Shown: in pieces, positions 9,254-16,959 of the stretch
How the letters are laid out: the number at the start of each line of letters is the position of its first letter
How positions within the stretch are numbered: position 1 is the first letter of the stretch
Notes under the pieces: model-generated
The model's input: the letters and a program-made list of their open reading frames with translations, nothing else
Told to the model about the DNA's origin: nothing
Database searches by the model: none
Made by a program: the position numbers and the translations under genes
Source: Nanobdellota archaeon
Lineage (GTDB): Archaea; Nanobdellota; Nanobdellia; Parvarchaeales; Parvarchaeaceae
DNA length: 50,753 nt
NCBI GenBank assembly: GCA_021851145.1
Contig: JAJZJK010000001.1
Span: 1 to 50,753, forward strand
Direction of reading: 5' to 3'

Positions 9254-10492
9254 ATGGTGGAATATAAAGGATTGGATGGTACGGAAGAGGATATAGATCC
9301 TTACTTTGGTATAGCCAAATTGGATGAGCAACTTAAAGGTATACCTGAAAAGAAAATGGTGTTAATCTCAGCCTCACCCTCTGTTGGTAATGAGGTATTC
9401 GGTTATCAAATAATCCACAAGAACATAAATTCAGGAGTAAAAGTATTGGTATTCCTTAACAGAACTTCTCCACAGTCTTATTTAACAGACATGAAAGACT
9501 ATGATTTTCCTGCAAATGATAATCTTTTCATATTAGATGCATACAGCGGCATAACTGGTATAAAATCCAATGAAACGGATCACATAAAAGTTATAGACAA
9601 TCCTTATGACAAAGAAGAAGTAAAGTCAAAGGTGCTTGAAGCCCTTAACCATGGATATGGGCTGATAGTAATAGACTCATTTTCATTGCTTGCAGACTTC
9701 TTCGATTTTTCATTCGCAATATCCTTTATGGATGAAATAAAAAAGGCAGTAATCAGCAATAATTCTGCAGCGGTTCTTCTTTTTACTGATTGGGGATATG
9801 AAAAAGAGAATGTAGATAAACTGCTTTCAAATGTTAATTCTACTATCGAAGTTAAAGGAATCGAAAAAAGAGTGATATTCGGTCAATACTTTGCTGTTTT
9901 GAAGTGTGATTGGATTGAAGGAACTCCTGCTCTGGCATCGGTTCTTTTCAAGGCAATTAAACCTGGAGGAATAAAAGTCTATTTCCCTAAGATTTTAGTT
10001 ACCGGGCCTACAGATGCAGGAAAAAGTTCATTTATACACAGCGCTTCTAAGGATGCTGTAAGCGTTGATAAACTTGGTGGGACTATAGCCCTTGACCATG
10101 GAAGTGTAGACTTCAGAGGGTATCGTGCGGATTTATTCGGAACTCCTGGACAGGAAAGATTCGATCCATTACTTAAGATGCTCGGAGAGGAAGCTATAGG
10201 CGTATTTCTTATAGTAGACTCAACAAAGCCAGAGCAGTTCCCAAGGGCAGTTGAAATGCTAAGGAAAACAGAGACTTATGGCCTGCCTGTTGTAGTAATA
10301 GCCAATAAAGCAGATCTTAAAGGTGCACTTAAATCAGATGAAATAAGAGAAAAACTTCACTTGGACTCTGCAATAACACTTATATCAACAGTAGCAGAGG
10401 ACTTATCAAAAGTTGATCCAAATGAACCTACTAAACTAAAATCGGAGGGAATAAACGAAGCGTTATCTGCGTTATTTAAGCAGTTAACATAA
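9254..10492 (+). CDS. Fusion protein: N-terminal KaiC/RecA-like module (no P-loop) + C-terminal MglA/COG2229-type small GTPase
   Basis: N-terminal half: IAKLDEQLKGIP...VLISASPSVGNEVF, GLIVIDSFSLL. C-terminal half: G1 VTGPTDAGKSS, G2 Thr in GGTIALDHG, G3 DLFGTPGQERF, G4 ANKADL. Confidence 0.75.
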   Translation: MVEYKGLDGTEEDIDPYFGIAKLDEQLKGIPEKKMVLISASPSVGNEVFGYQIIHKNINSGVKVLVFLNRTSPQSYLTDMKDYDFPANDNLFILDAYSGITGIKSNETDHIKVIDNPYDKEEVKSKVLEALNHGYGLIVIDSFSLLADFFDFSFAISFMDEIKKAVISNNSAAVLLFTDWGYEKENVDKLLSNVNSTIEVKGIEKRVIFGQYFAVLKCDWIEGTPALASVLFKAIKPGGIKVYFPKILVTGPTDAGKSSFIHSASKDAVSVDKLGGTIALDHGSVDFRGYRADLFGTPGQERFDPLLKMLGEEAIGVFLIVDSTKPEQFPRAVEMLRKTETYGLPVVVIANKADLKGALKSDEIREKLHLDSAITLISTVAEDLSKVDPNEPTKLKSEGINEALSALFKQLT

Positions 10493-10522
10493 TTATTTAA
10501 ATAAAGAATTTATAAATTAAAT

Positions 10523-10897
10523 ATGGCTACAAAATCAGAACAGTTAAAAAGCGTTTTACAGAGATTAAGCACAGTTGGCGGAATCAAAGCGTCGGCTGTA
10601 ATATCCTCTAATGGTTTACCTATGGTATCTTTAATGCCTGAAGATGTAGACCCTAATACATTTGCAGCAATGTTAGCTTCTATGGTGGGCTCAGCAGAAA
10701 CTGCTATTAAGTCATTGGGTGCGAAAAATACTTTGGAGAGGGTTGTAGCAGAATCTAAAGACATAAGAGTTGTTGCTGTACAAGCTGGCGAAGATGCAAT
10801 ACTTACAATAATGATTGACCCTAACACGAATTATGGTCTGATTCTTTTAGAATCTTCTAAAGCATCAACTGAAATAGCTGGAATAATGAAGCAGTAA
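10523..10897 (+). CDS. Roadblock/LC7 (MglB-like) domain protein
   Basis: 124 aa. GGIKASAVISSNGLPMVS...DPNTFAAMLASMVGSAETA...VVAESKDIRVVAVQAGEDAILTIM matches the Robl_LC7 pattern. The antisense ORF 10510-10827 is rejected. Confidence 0.8.
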   Translation: MATKSEQLKSVLQRLSTVGGIKASAVISSNGLPMVSLMPEDVDPNTFAAMLASMVGSAETAIKSLGAKNTLERVVAESKDIRVVAVQAGEDAILTIMIDPNTNYGLILLESSKASTEIAGIMKQ

Positions 10898-10909
10898 TAA
10901 ATCATCTAA

Positions 10910-11314
10910 ATGTCGTTTGTTCTTTTTATTTGTAAATACAATAATGGTAGAAGTCAGATAGCAGAGGCCTTCTTTAATAACCTTACTAAGAAGCACAAAG
11001 CCATAAGTGTGGCGGGTAGTTTAGTTGGTAAGGGAATAAACGATTTAGATATAAAATTAATGAAGGAGCGGTTCGGAGTAGATATGAGTGGTCAGTTCCC
11101 AAAGCCTCCAAATAATGATTTGTTAAAAAATGCAGATAGAATAATAATTGTCTGTGATCCTAAAGACTGCATACTTATACCAAAAACCTACATAGAAAAG
11201 GCAGAGCACTGGTATATACCCGAATTGGAAGGACGTTCTGCTGAAGAGAAAGTAAAAATAATAGAAGATATTTACGAAAAGGTCAAGGAGTTAATTTCAG
11301 AGTTAGATAAATAA
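10910..11314 (+). CDS. LMW protein-tyrosine-phosphatase / thioredoxin-coupled ArsC-family protein
   Basis: CX5R(S) P-loop FICKYNNGRSQIAEAFF at the N-terminus. A downstream Cys pair IIIVCDPKDC sits where ArsC redox cysteines lie. Starts 12 nt after the Roadblock gene. Confidence 0.75.
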   Translation: MSFVLFICKYNNGRSQIAEAFFNNLTKKHKAISVAGSLVGKGINDLDIKLMKERFGVDMSGQFPKPPNNDLLKNADRIIIVCDPKDCILIPKTYIEKAEHWYIPELEGRSAEEKVKIIEDIYEKVKELISELDK

Positions 11315-11324
11315 AAATAAAACC

Positions 11325-11597
11325 TTAGCTTTTCAATGTTTTAAGGATTTCATCAACCTTATCTATGTTGTCCTGTTTTATTGCTTCTATTATCGCAAGC
11401 TTGTCCTTTTTTCTTACCTTTATTTTTTCTCCATTTTTAGTTATCTTTAATTGTTCCTTGTCTAAGTTTACAGGTAGTTTTTCGTTTCTTGGCTGAAAAT
11501 CTTCGTGCTCTTCTTTCTTCACGTACTTTACTTCATAGCCATTGAATTTTACTTCTTTTACAGCTTTACCTTGCTGATGAGTATACCATTCTTCCAT
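11325..11597 (-). CDS. Hypothetical Lys/Glu-rich small protein
   Basis: 90-aa ORF convergent on the preceding operon. No recognisable motif. Confidence 0.4.
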   Translation of the reverse strand: MEEWYTHQQGKAVKEVKFNGYEVKYVKKEEHEDFQPRNEKLPVNLDKEQLKITKNGEKIKVRKKDKLAIIEAIKQDNIDKVDEILKTLKS

Positions 11598-11676
11598 GAT
11601 TATAACAAGATTTTGAAGGTTAAATAATTTATGATAGGTATTTATAAGTTATTCTAAATTATATATAATGCTTTAA

Positions 11677-11760
11677 GCTCAGGTTGCGTAACCTGGCATC
11701 GCGTAAGCCTGGAGAGCTTATGGGAGCAATCCCTTGAGGGTCCGAATCCCTCCCTGAGCG
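11677..11760 (+). tRNA. tRNA-Ser (anticodon GGA)
   Basis: Hand-folded. Acceptor GCTCAGG/CCTGAGC; anticodon stem TAAGC/GCTTA with loop CTGGAGA. Long variable arm GGGA-GCAA-TCCC (class II). T arm GAGGG-TCCGAAT-CCCTC, discriminator G. No intron and no encoded CCA. Confidence 0.9.
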
Positions 11761-11978
11761 AATGATTTTTAGTTTGTATCCATTAAGTCTTTAAATATAG
11801 TTTAAAGCAACGTGTATAATGTGAAGAAGATTGGTAATCCAGCTTTTTCTGTTAAAGAGCGGTATATTTGCGCCTTTGATGGATATTCATTCTGTTTCGA
11901 ACGTTAGTTCAATAATAGCAATCTGCCGTAATTTTGGCTTATAAATGTATAAATATCAAATATCTTTTAGAACTATCT

Positions 11979-12827
11979 ATGGGCATACCGTTTAATATAC
12001 TGCATATAGCTTTTGAATTATTAGTAATAACTTTAGTTTCTTATACTATCTACTACCTTATATCAAAGTTTATAACTAGAATAAGCGATATTAAACAAAG
12101 ATACAATCTAAAGAAAATATTAGCAATTATCATTCTTTTTATTGACTTTGTTATAATTATTTCAATATTTGTAAACAATAGCAGCATAGTAGCATTGTCT
12201 GCTGGTCTTTTTTCTGCAGGGATAGCATTCTCATTAAGAGACCCTCTAACTAGTTTTCTTGCCTGGATAATAATTCTTCTCATGAGACCGGTTAAAGTTG
12301 GTGATAGAATAAAAATAGGAACAGAAGAAGGGGATATTATAGACATAAGTATGTTTTTTATAACAATAATGGAGATAAATGACTGGGTAGAGGGTGATCT
12401 TTATACTGGAAGGATAGTTGAGATACCAAACAACAAGATAATGAGCGAAGACGTAATAAACTTTTCAAAGAGCTTTGAGTATATCTGGGATAATATAACT
12501 ATCCCGATACTATTTGAATCAGACTACAAGAAAATATCTAATGAAATAAAGAAAATAGCAGAAGGAAAAACAAAAAAATTCCTTAGAGGAGCAGAAAAAG
12601 ACTATGAAAAACTAAAGAAAGAGTATTTTATATCTAGAGGGGATATACACCCAAGAGTTTTTGTATCATTCAATGATAATTACATAAAAATAAATTTAAG
12701 ATATATAACAAATCTATGGGAAAGAAAGAAAACACAAAGCGAGATAAGCTCAGGAATACTTGATTATCTCCATAAAAATAAAATAGAGGTAGCTTCTTCA
12801 TCTATAATAGTTTCTAATAAAAAATGA
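11979..12827 (+). CDS. MscS-family small-conductance mechanosensitive channel
   Basis: 3 TM helices, then RPVKVGDRIKIGTEEGDIIDISMFFITIME (the MscS beta-domain signature). The ORF-track start 11934 is TTG. I prefer the first ATG at 11979. Confidence 0.8.
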   Translation: MGIPFNILHIAFELLVITLVSYTIYYLISKFITRISDIKQRYNLKKILAIIILFIDFVIIISIFVNNSSIVALSAGLFSAGIAFSLRDPLTSFLAWIIILLMRPVKVGDRIKIGTEEGDIIDISMFFITIMEINDWVEGDLYTGRIVEIPNNKIMSEDVINFSKSFEYIWDNITIPILFESDYKKISNEIKKIAEGKTKKFLRGAEKDYEKLKKEYFISRGDIHPRVFVSFNDNYIKINLRYITNLWERKKTQSEISSGILDYLHKNKIEVASSSIIVSNKK

Positions 12828-13013
12828 TGGAGTTTTAAACTAAGAGTCGAAAGATAACTGACGTATCTTTAGTTTTTGCTGCTATAATTTTTAATGCCTT
12901 TGTCACATCTTTAAATTTATTTGCGTTTGAACACTCTTTACAAATATATGTTAATGCAAGTATGTCACAAGTAATATAACTATATTTAAATATAAAAAGA
13001 GGTTAATTATGAA

Positions 13014-13436
13014 ATGGAAAAGATAATAATTTTTGTTACTAAATACTCTGTGGAATCTTTTTATAGCATGCAGGCATTGTTGATGGGTGCAGGTAACAAT
13101 GATGTAAACACTGAAATAATACTCAATGGTGCGTCAGTTCTTGCTGTCACAACGCAGTTCTATAATAAATTTCCAAAAACTGATTTAGAGAATGAGTATT
13201 CAAAGATTATAATGGATATTTGGAGCACAGGTGAGTTTCCAGAATGGCTTAATGTTTTAAATACGGCAAAAAAGAACGGCAAATTGAAGGTGTATGTATG
13301 CCAACCGTGCATTGAGATTTTTCAGAAAAAATTAGGCAAGTTAGATCTTCTTGATATAGTAGATGGAAAGATTAATGGTGTAGAGATATTTGATAAACTA
13401 AAAAATGACAAAGATTACCTGTTTTTGACAGTATAA
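13014..13436 (+). CDS. DsrE/DsrF-like (DrsE_2-type) family protein
   Basis: KIIIFVTKYS...ALLMGAGNNDVNTEIILNGASV...KVYVCQPCIEIF resembles the DrsE_2 family layout (from memory). Confidence 0.45.
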   Translation: MEKIIIFVTKYSVESFYSMQALLMGAGNNDVNTEIILNGASVLAVTTQFYNKFPKTDLENEYSKIIMDIWSTGEFPEWLNVLNTAKKNGKLKVYVCQPCIEIFQKKLGKLDLLDIVDGKINGVEIFDKLKNDKDYLFLTV

Positions 13437-13462
13437 GCGATTCAAATTACGTAAAGACGGTT

Positions 13463-13675
13463 ATGAGTGTCGGCTCTGCCTACTATTTTACTATGCTTAC
13501 AATCCGTGATTTTTCCAAAAAAGCAAACACTGGTGAATCTCTTAAGATTTTATACAAAGATGAATTAGACTCTTCAGTTATCGAGTCTATAAACATAATC
13601 ATAAAAGAAATAGGCCTTACTGCAGAGATAAAAACCGATACAAAACCGAATTATATAATATTTACAAAAGAATGA
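13463..13675 (+). CDS. TusA/SirA-like small protein lacking the catalytic cysteine
   Basis: 70 aa. GESLKILYKDELDSSVIESI...NYIIFTKE aligns by eye with TusA (GETLLIIADDPATTRDI...YLIRK). The protein contains no Cys at all. Confidence 0.45.
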   Translation: MSVGSAYYFTMLTIRDFSKKANTGESLKILYKDELDSSVIESINIIIKEIGLTAEIKTDTKPNYIIFTKE

Positions 13676-13687
13676 TTAAATAACTGT

Positions 13688-14230
13688 TTATTTAACTTTG
13701 AATTCGCTTGCCCTACTTAAAATTCTAGCTTTCTGCATTATGTATTTAGCTGCAACTAAAATAACAATACCTGTTATTAGTGTTAATATCCCGTATACTG
13801 GTATTTTAAATATCATAAAGGCCACTGCTATGCCGATTGCAGGAGGGTGCTCACTATCAGTTTCAAACAGTAAAAATGATACTATAAAGATGATTACGCC
13901 CGCCATAATGTAGAAATTTATAAATCTAGAAAGAAAGAATCCAAAGTATCCGAAAAAGCCTGCAATAAGGTAACTTTTAACAAATCTTGTTTTCTTTGCA
14001 GCTTTTGAATACGGCATCAAAAATAAAATGAATGCACTGCTTGCGAAAGAAGTAAATATCAAGGCAGATGCCCCGCTTATTTCCCTTATATCAAAATTTA
14101 TTTCATGCAATATAAAAATAAGCAGTACAACTACAAAAGAAGTGGCAATTAATGGTATAAAAATGTTGTTTCTGTTAAATTTATGTTTTAATTTTCTGTA
14201 TTCTTTATGGCTGAGTTCACTTTTCTTCAT
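13688..14230 (-). CDS. HPP-family integral membrane protein
   Basis: 4-5 TM helices and a literal SEHPPAIGIAVA motif. Start overlaps the thrS stop by 14 nt. Confidence 0.6.
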   Translation of the reverse strand: MKKSELSHKEYRKLKHKFNRNNIFIPLIATSFVVVLLIFILHEINFDIREISGASALIFTSFASSAFILFLMPYSKAAKKTRFVKSYLIAGFFGYFGFFLSRFINFYIMAGVIIFIVSFLLFETDSEHPPAIGIAVAFMIFKIPVYGILTLITGIVILVAAKYIMQKARILSRASEFKVK

Positions 14231-16124
14231 ACTCTGATTTATTTTTAATACTATTTAAAAGATCGCTTACAAATTCATCTATTTCCACATTATATTTAGT
14301 TTTTCCCTTTCTATTTCTTACAGCAATTGTTTTCTTTTCTTCTTCTTTATCCCCTATTACTATCACAAAAGGAACTTTTTCAAGCTGAGCCTTTCTTATT
14401 CTGTAGTCAAGCGTGCCATTCTCAGTATCACTTTCTGCTCTAATTCCATTCTCTTTCAGTTTTTTAATTATTTCTTCTGCATATTTGTTGTTTCTTTCGG
14501 TTATAGTAAGTAATTTAACCTGTACAGGAGAAAGCCACACGGGTAGTTCTCCCTTTGAGTTTTCGAGTATTATCCCCATGAATCTCCCTATTGTACCCAT
14601 TATTGAACGGTGTATAACTATCGGAAAGTGTTCTTTATTGTCATTTCCAATGTACTTTGCGTCAAACCTCACTGCAAGGTTAAAGTCCAATTGTATAGTA
14701 GATACTGCATAAGCATCTTCTACCTTTCCACTGAAATCAAGCACGTAAATGTCAATTTTAGGTCCGTAAAATGCGCCATCTCCCTCCTTTATCTCGTATT
14801 TATAATCTCTTTTTTCCAAGGCGTCTTTGAGTATGCTTTCTGCCTTGTCCCAAAGCGCGTCTTCACCTATTCTCTTTTCAGGCCTTGTGGCAAGTTTCAT
14901 AATTGGCTTAAAATTAAACGGTTTGTAAGTTTCATCCATTATATCAAACATTCTAAGTATCTCACTTTCTATCTGTTCTTCTGTAACGTATACATGGGAA
15001 TCATTTTGTTCCATTAGTCTAGTCCTTAGAAGTCCATCTAATGTGCCTTCAAGTTCATATCTATGCAGAAATCCATAATCTGCAAGTCTCATTGGCAGAT
15101 CTCTATAACTTCTTGTTTTTGATCTGAAAAGTAATGCAGAGAATGGGCAGTTCATGGGCTTCAAACCATATTCTTCATCTGATTCAAAGGGAGTAACCTT
15201 AAACATGTTCTCTTTGTATTTATCAAAGTGGCCGCTTATTTTCCAAAGATCTATTTTTGCAATCAATGGAGTTATGATTTCACTGTACTCGTATTTTTTA
15301 TCCAGCTCTCTGGCAAATTTTAAAAGTTCGTTATATATTACTGTTCCTTTTGGAGTAAAGAACGGCGAGCCAGGAGAAAGTTCTGAAAATTCGAAAAGTT
15401 CTAGGTCTTTTCCAATTTTTTTATGATCATGTTCCTTTCTTTCGTCTATTAGTCGCAAATAATCATCTAATTCTTTCTTAGAAGGAAAACTGATTCCGTA
15501 AATTCTTGTCATAACCTCTCTTTTGCTGTCTCCTTTCCAATACGCTCCGGAAACCTTTAATAATTTTACAGCTCCCAAATACCCTGTAGAGGGTATGTGT
15601 GGCCCCCTACATAAATCATAAAATTCTCCATTTCTGTATATGCTTAAATTGCCATTTACACCTTCTATTATCTCCAGCTTGAATTTGTTATTTTTTAACA
15701 GTTCTCTTGCCTCTTCTTTTGATATATCTTTCCTTTCGAAGGGAAGTTTCTCTTTTATCACCTTCTCCATCTCTTTTTCTATTTTTTCTAGATCATTATC
15801 TCCAATTTTAAGGTTGTAAATATCATAGTAAAATCCTTCGTCTATTGCTGGGCCTATTCCAAGCATTGCATCAGGATATAACCTCTTTACAGCAGTTGCA
15901 AGTATGTGTGCAGAAGAATGCCAGAATACTTTCTTGCCAGTTTTATCATTAAAAGTAAAGAATTTTATCTCCCCTCCCTCTTTTACTTCAGAGGATAAAT
16001 CTATAAGTCTGCCATTTATCTCTGCTACAATTATATCCTTTGGTGCTTTGAATTCTCTTGCTATATCTATAGCTTTTTCTCCTTCCTTGAATTCTCTTTC
16101 ATTACCATTATATACAATTTTCAT
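14217..16124 (-). CDS. thrS: Threonyl-tRNA synthetase (TGS + bacterial-type N2 editing domain + class II core + anticodon-binding domain)
   Basis: 635 aa. Contains FWHSSAHILATAVKRLYP and YDLCRGPHIPST (editing domain), and class II motifs including LHRYELEGTLDGLLRTR. Confidence 0.95.
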   Translation of the reverse strand: MKIVYNGNEREFKEGEKAIDIAREFKAPKDIIVAEINGRLIDLSSEVKEGGEIKFFTFNDKTGKKVFWHSSAHILATAVKRLYPDAMLGIGPAIDEGFYYDIYNLKIGDNDLEKIEKEMEKVIKEKLPFERKDISKEEARELLKNNKFKLEIIEGVNGNLSIYRNGEFYDLCRGPHIPSTGYLGAVKLLKVSGAYWKGDSKREVMTRIYGISFPSKKELDDYLRLIDERKEHDHKKIGKDLELFEFSELSPGSPFFTPKGTVIYNELLKFARELDKKYEYSEIITPLIAKIDLWKISGHFDKYKENMFKVTPFESDEEYGLKPMNCPFSALLFRSKTRSYRDLPMRLADYGFLHRYELEGTLDGLLRTRLMEQNDSHVYVTEEQIESEILRMFDIMDETYKPFNFKPIMKLATRPEKRIGEDALWDKAESILKDALEKRDYKYEIKEGDGAFYGPKIDIYVLDFSGKVEDAYAVSTIQLDFNLAVRFDAKYIGNDNKEHFPIVIHRSIMGTIGRFMGIILENSKGELPVWLSPVQVKLLTITERNNKYAEEIIKKLKENGIRAESDTENGTLDYRIRKAQLEKVPFVIVIGDKEEEKKTIAVRNRKGKTKYNVEIDEFVSDLLNSIKNKSEYEEK

Positions 16125-16253
16125 TTAATTTCCTGTATCCTAATATATTAATATCTTTAATAGTGAGGTTAATCTCTAAAATAAATTATTTTTGCTTTAT
16201 TGCTCCTCAGTTCATTAAATAAAATATTAAAGCGCCAAACTACATAAAAATAT

Positions 16254-16430
16254 ATGATTTTTAACAAAAAAGGGATGGAATTAGGTATAACCATTGTTAT
16301 AATTATAGTAATTGCTCTTGCGTTACTTGTAGTATTATTATTTCTTCTAAAAGGAGGTATATTCACACCTGTAAGCCACCTTATAAGCTCATCTCCTAAT
16401 ACTTCTTCTATAAATAGCAGTTTGCCTTAA
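16254..16430 (+). CDS. Small pilin-like protein (class III signal peptide), not in the ORF track
   Basis: 58-aa ORF read by hand: MIFNKKG|MELGITIVIIIVIALALLVVLLFLLKGG...SSSPNTSSINSSLP. It lies antisense to the compositionally odd ORF 16169-16366. Confidence 0.4.
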   Translation: MIFNKKGMELGITIVIIIVIALALLVVLLFLLKGGIFTPVSHLISSSPNTSSINSSLP

Positions 16431-16518
16431 TCTAGCATAATACAAGTTTTTGTAGGTATTCCATTAAAAAAACTGGAATTTTTATAAATAGGAGTATTAT
16501 CTCAATTTTTAATTTTAT

Positions 16519-16959
16519 TTAACAAATTGAATAGTCTAAAGTGTAACTTTTTCCAGCTGTCAATTTTGTTGTATAAGGCTTATTTTCGGAGGTACTGTTA
16601 GCACATTGTACCCCGTAAGGAGATAATATTGGGTAAGCTTCCAATGAATAATTTCCTTTTCCAGAAATTACACTTATGCTGCTATTTAGATAAGCAGAAT
16701 AATTCTGGCCATTGTAATTTATTGTCCAAGAATATACCGAGCTTGCAAAACTGCTGCAGTAAGAACTACAATTATATGCTGTAAAGTTTGTTGTTAACTC
16801 TGTAGGCAAATTGCCGTTAAATCCAGATACTGTTTTCCCAATATTACTTAAGTTAGTTACTATGTAACTCCTTATAGCAGAGTCGAATATTACAAGTATT
16901 ACTATCGCTATGATTGCAGTTATTAATACAAATGTACTGAAATTTATTTGGCCTTTCAT
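16519..16959 (-). CDS. Archaeal type IV pilin-like protein (class III signal peptide)
   Basis: MKGQ|INFSTFVLITAIIAIVILVIF, then a Ser/Asn/Tyr/Cys-rich extracellular part with several N-x-S/T sequons. A 4-nt overlap with the upstream methyltransferase gene. Confidence 0.55.
   Translation of the reverse strand: MKGQINFSTFVLITAIIAIVILVIFDSAIRSYIVTNLSNIGKTVSGFNGNLPTELTTNFTAYNCSSYCSSFASSVYSWTINYNGQNYSAYLNSSISVISGKGNYSLEAYPILSPYGVQCANSTSENKPYTTKLTAGKSYTLDYSIC

Noticed and set aside
10510-10827. 105-aa minus-strand ORF opposite the Roadblock/LC7 gene
   Set aside because: The plus frame matches the Roadblock/LC7 pattern and fits the operon. The minus frame has no motif.
11821-11907. GTG-initiated 28-codon ORF (VKKIGNPAFSVKERYICAFDGYSFCFER) between tRNA-Ser and the MscS gene
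   Set aside because: No ATG, no SD/TATA placement and no recognisable motif. It is indistinguishable from chance in a 170-nt spacer.
12822-12872. Possible C/D-box sRNA (AUGAUGG ... CUGA) at the 3' end of the first MscS gene
   Set aside because: The C box is imperfect. No convincing C'/D' pair or terminal stem was found, and the candidate overlaps the MscS stop codon. It cannot be supported without a covariance or expression test.
12828-13013. 186-nt spacer upstream of the DsrE-like gene as a possible ncRNA locus
   Set aside because: I found no stable extended stem, conserved box or ORF on either strand. It most likely holds only promoter sequence (TATTTAAATATA) plus an SD-like GAGGT for the 13014 gene.
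14413-15426. Several + strand ORFs (14413-14712, 14610-15017, 15154-15426, 15904-16128) inside thrS
   Set aside because: They are antisense to a full-length, motif-complete ThrRS, and no motifs were found in them.
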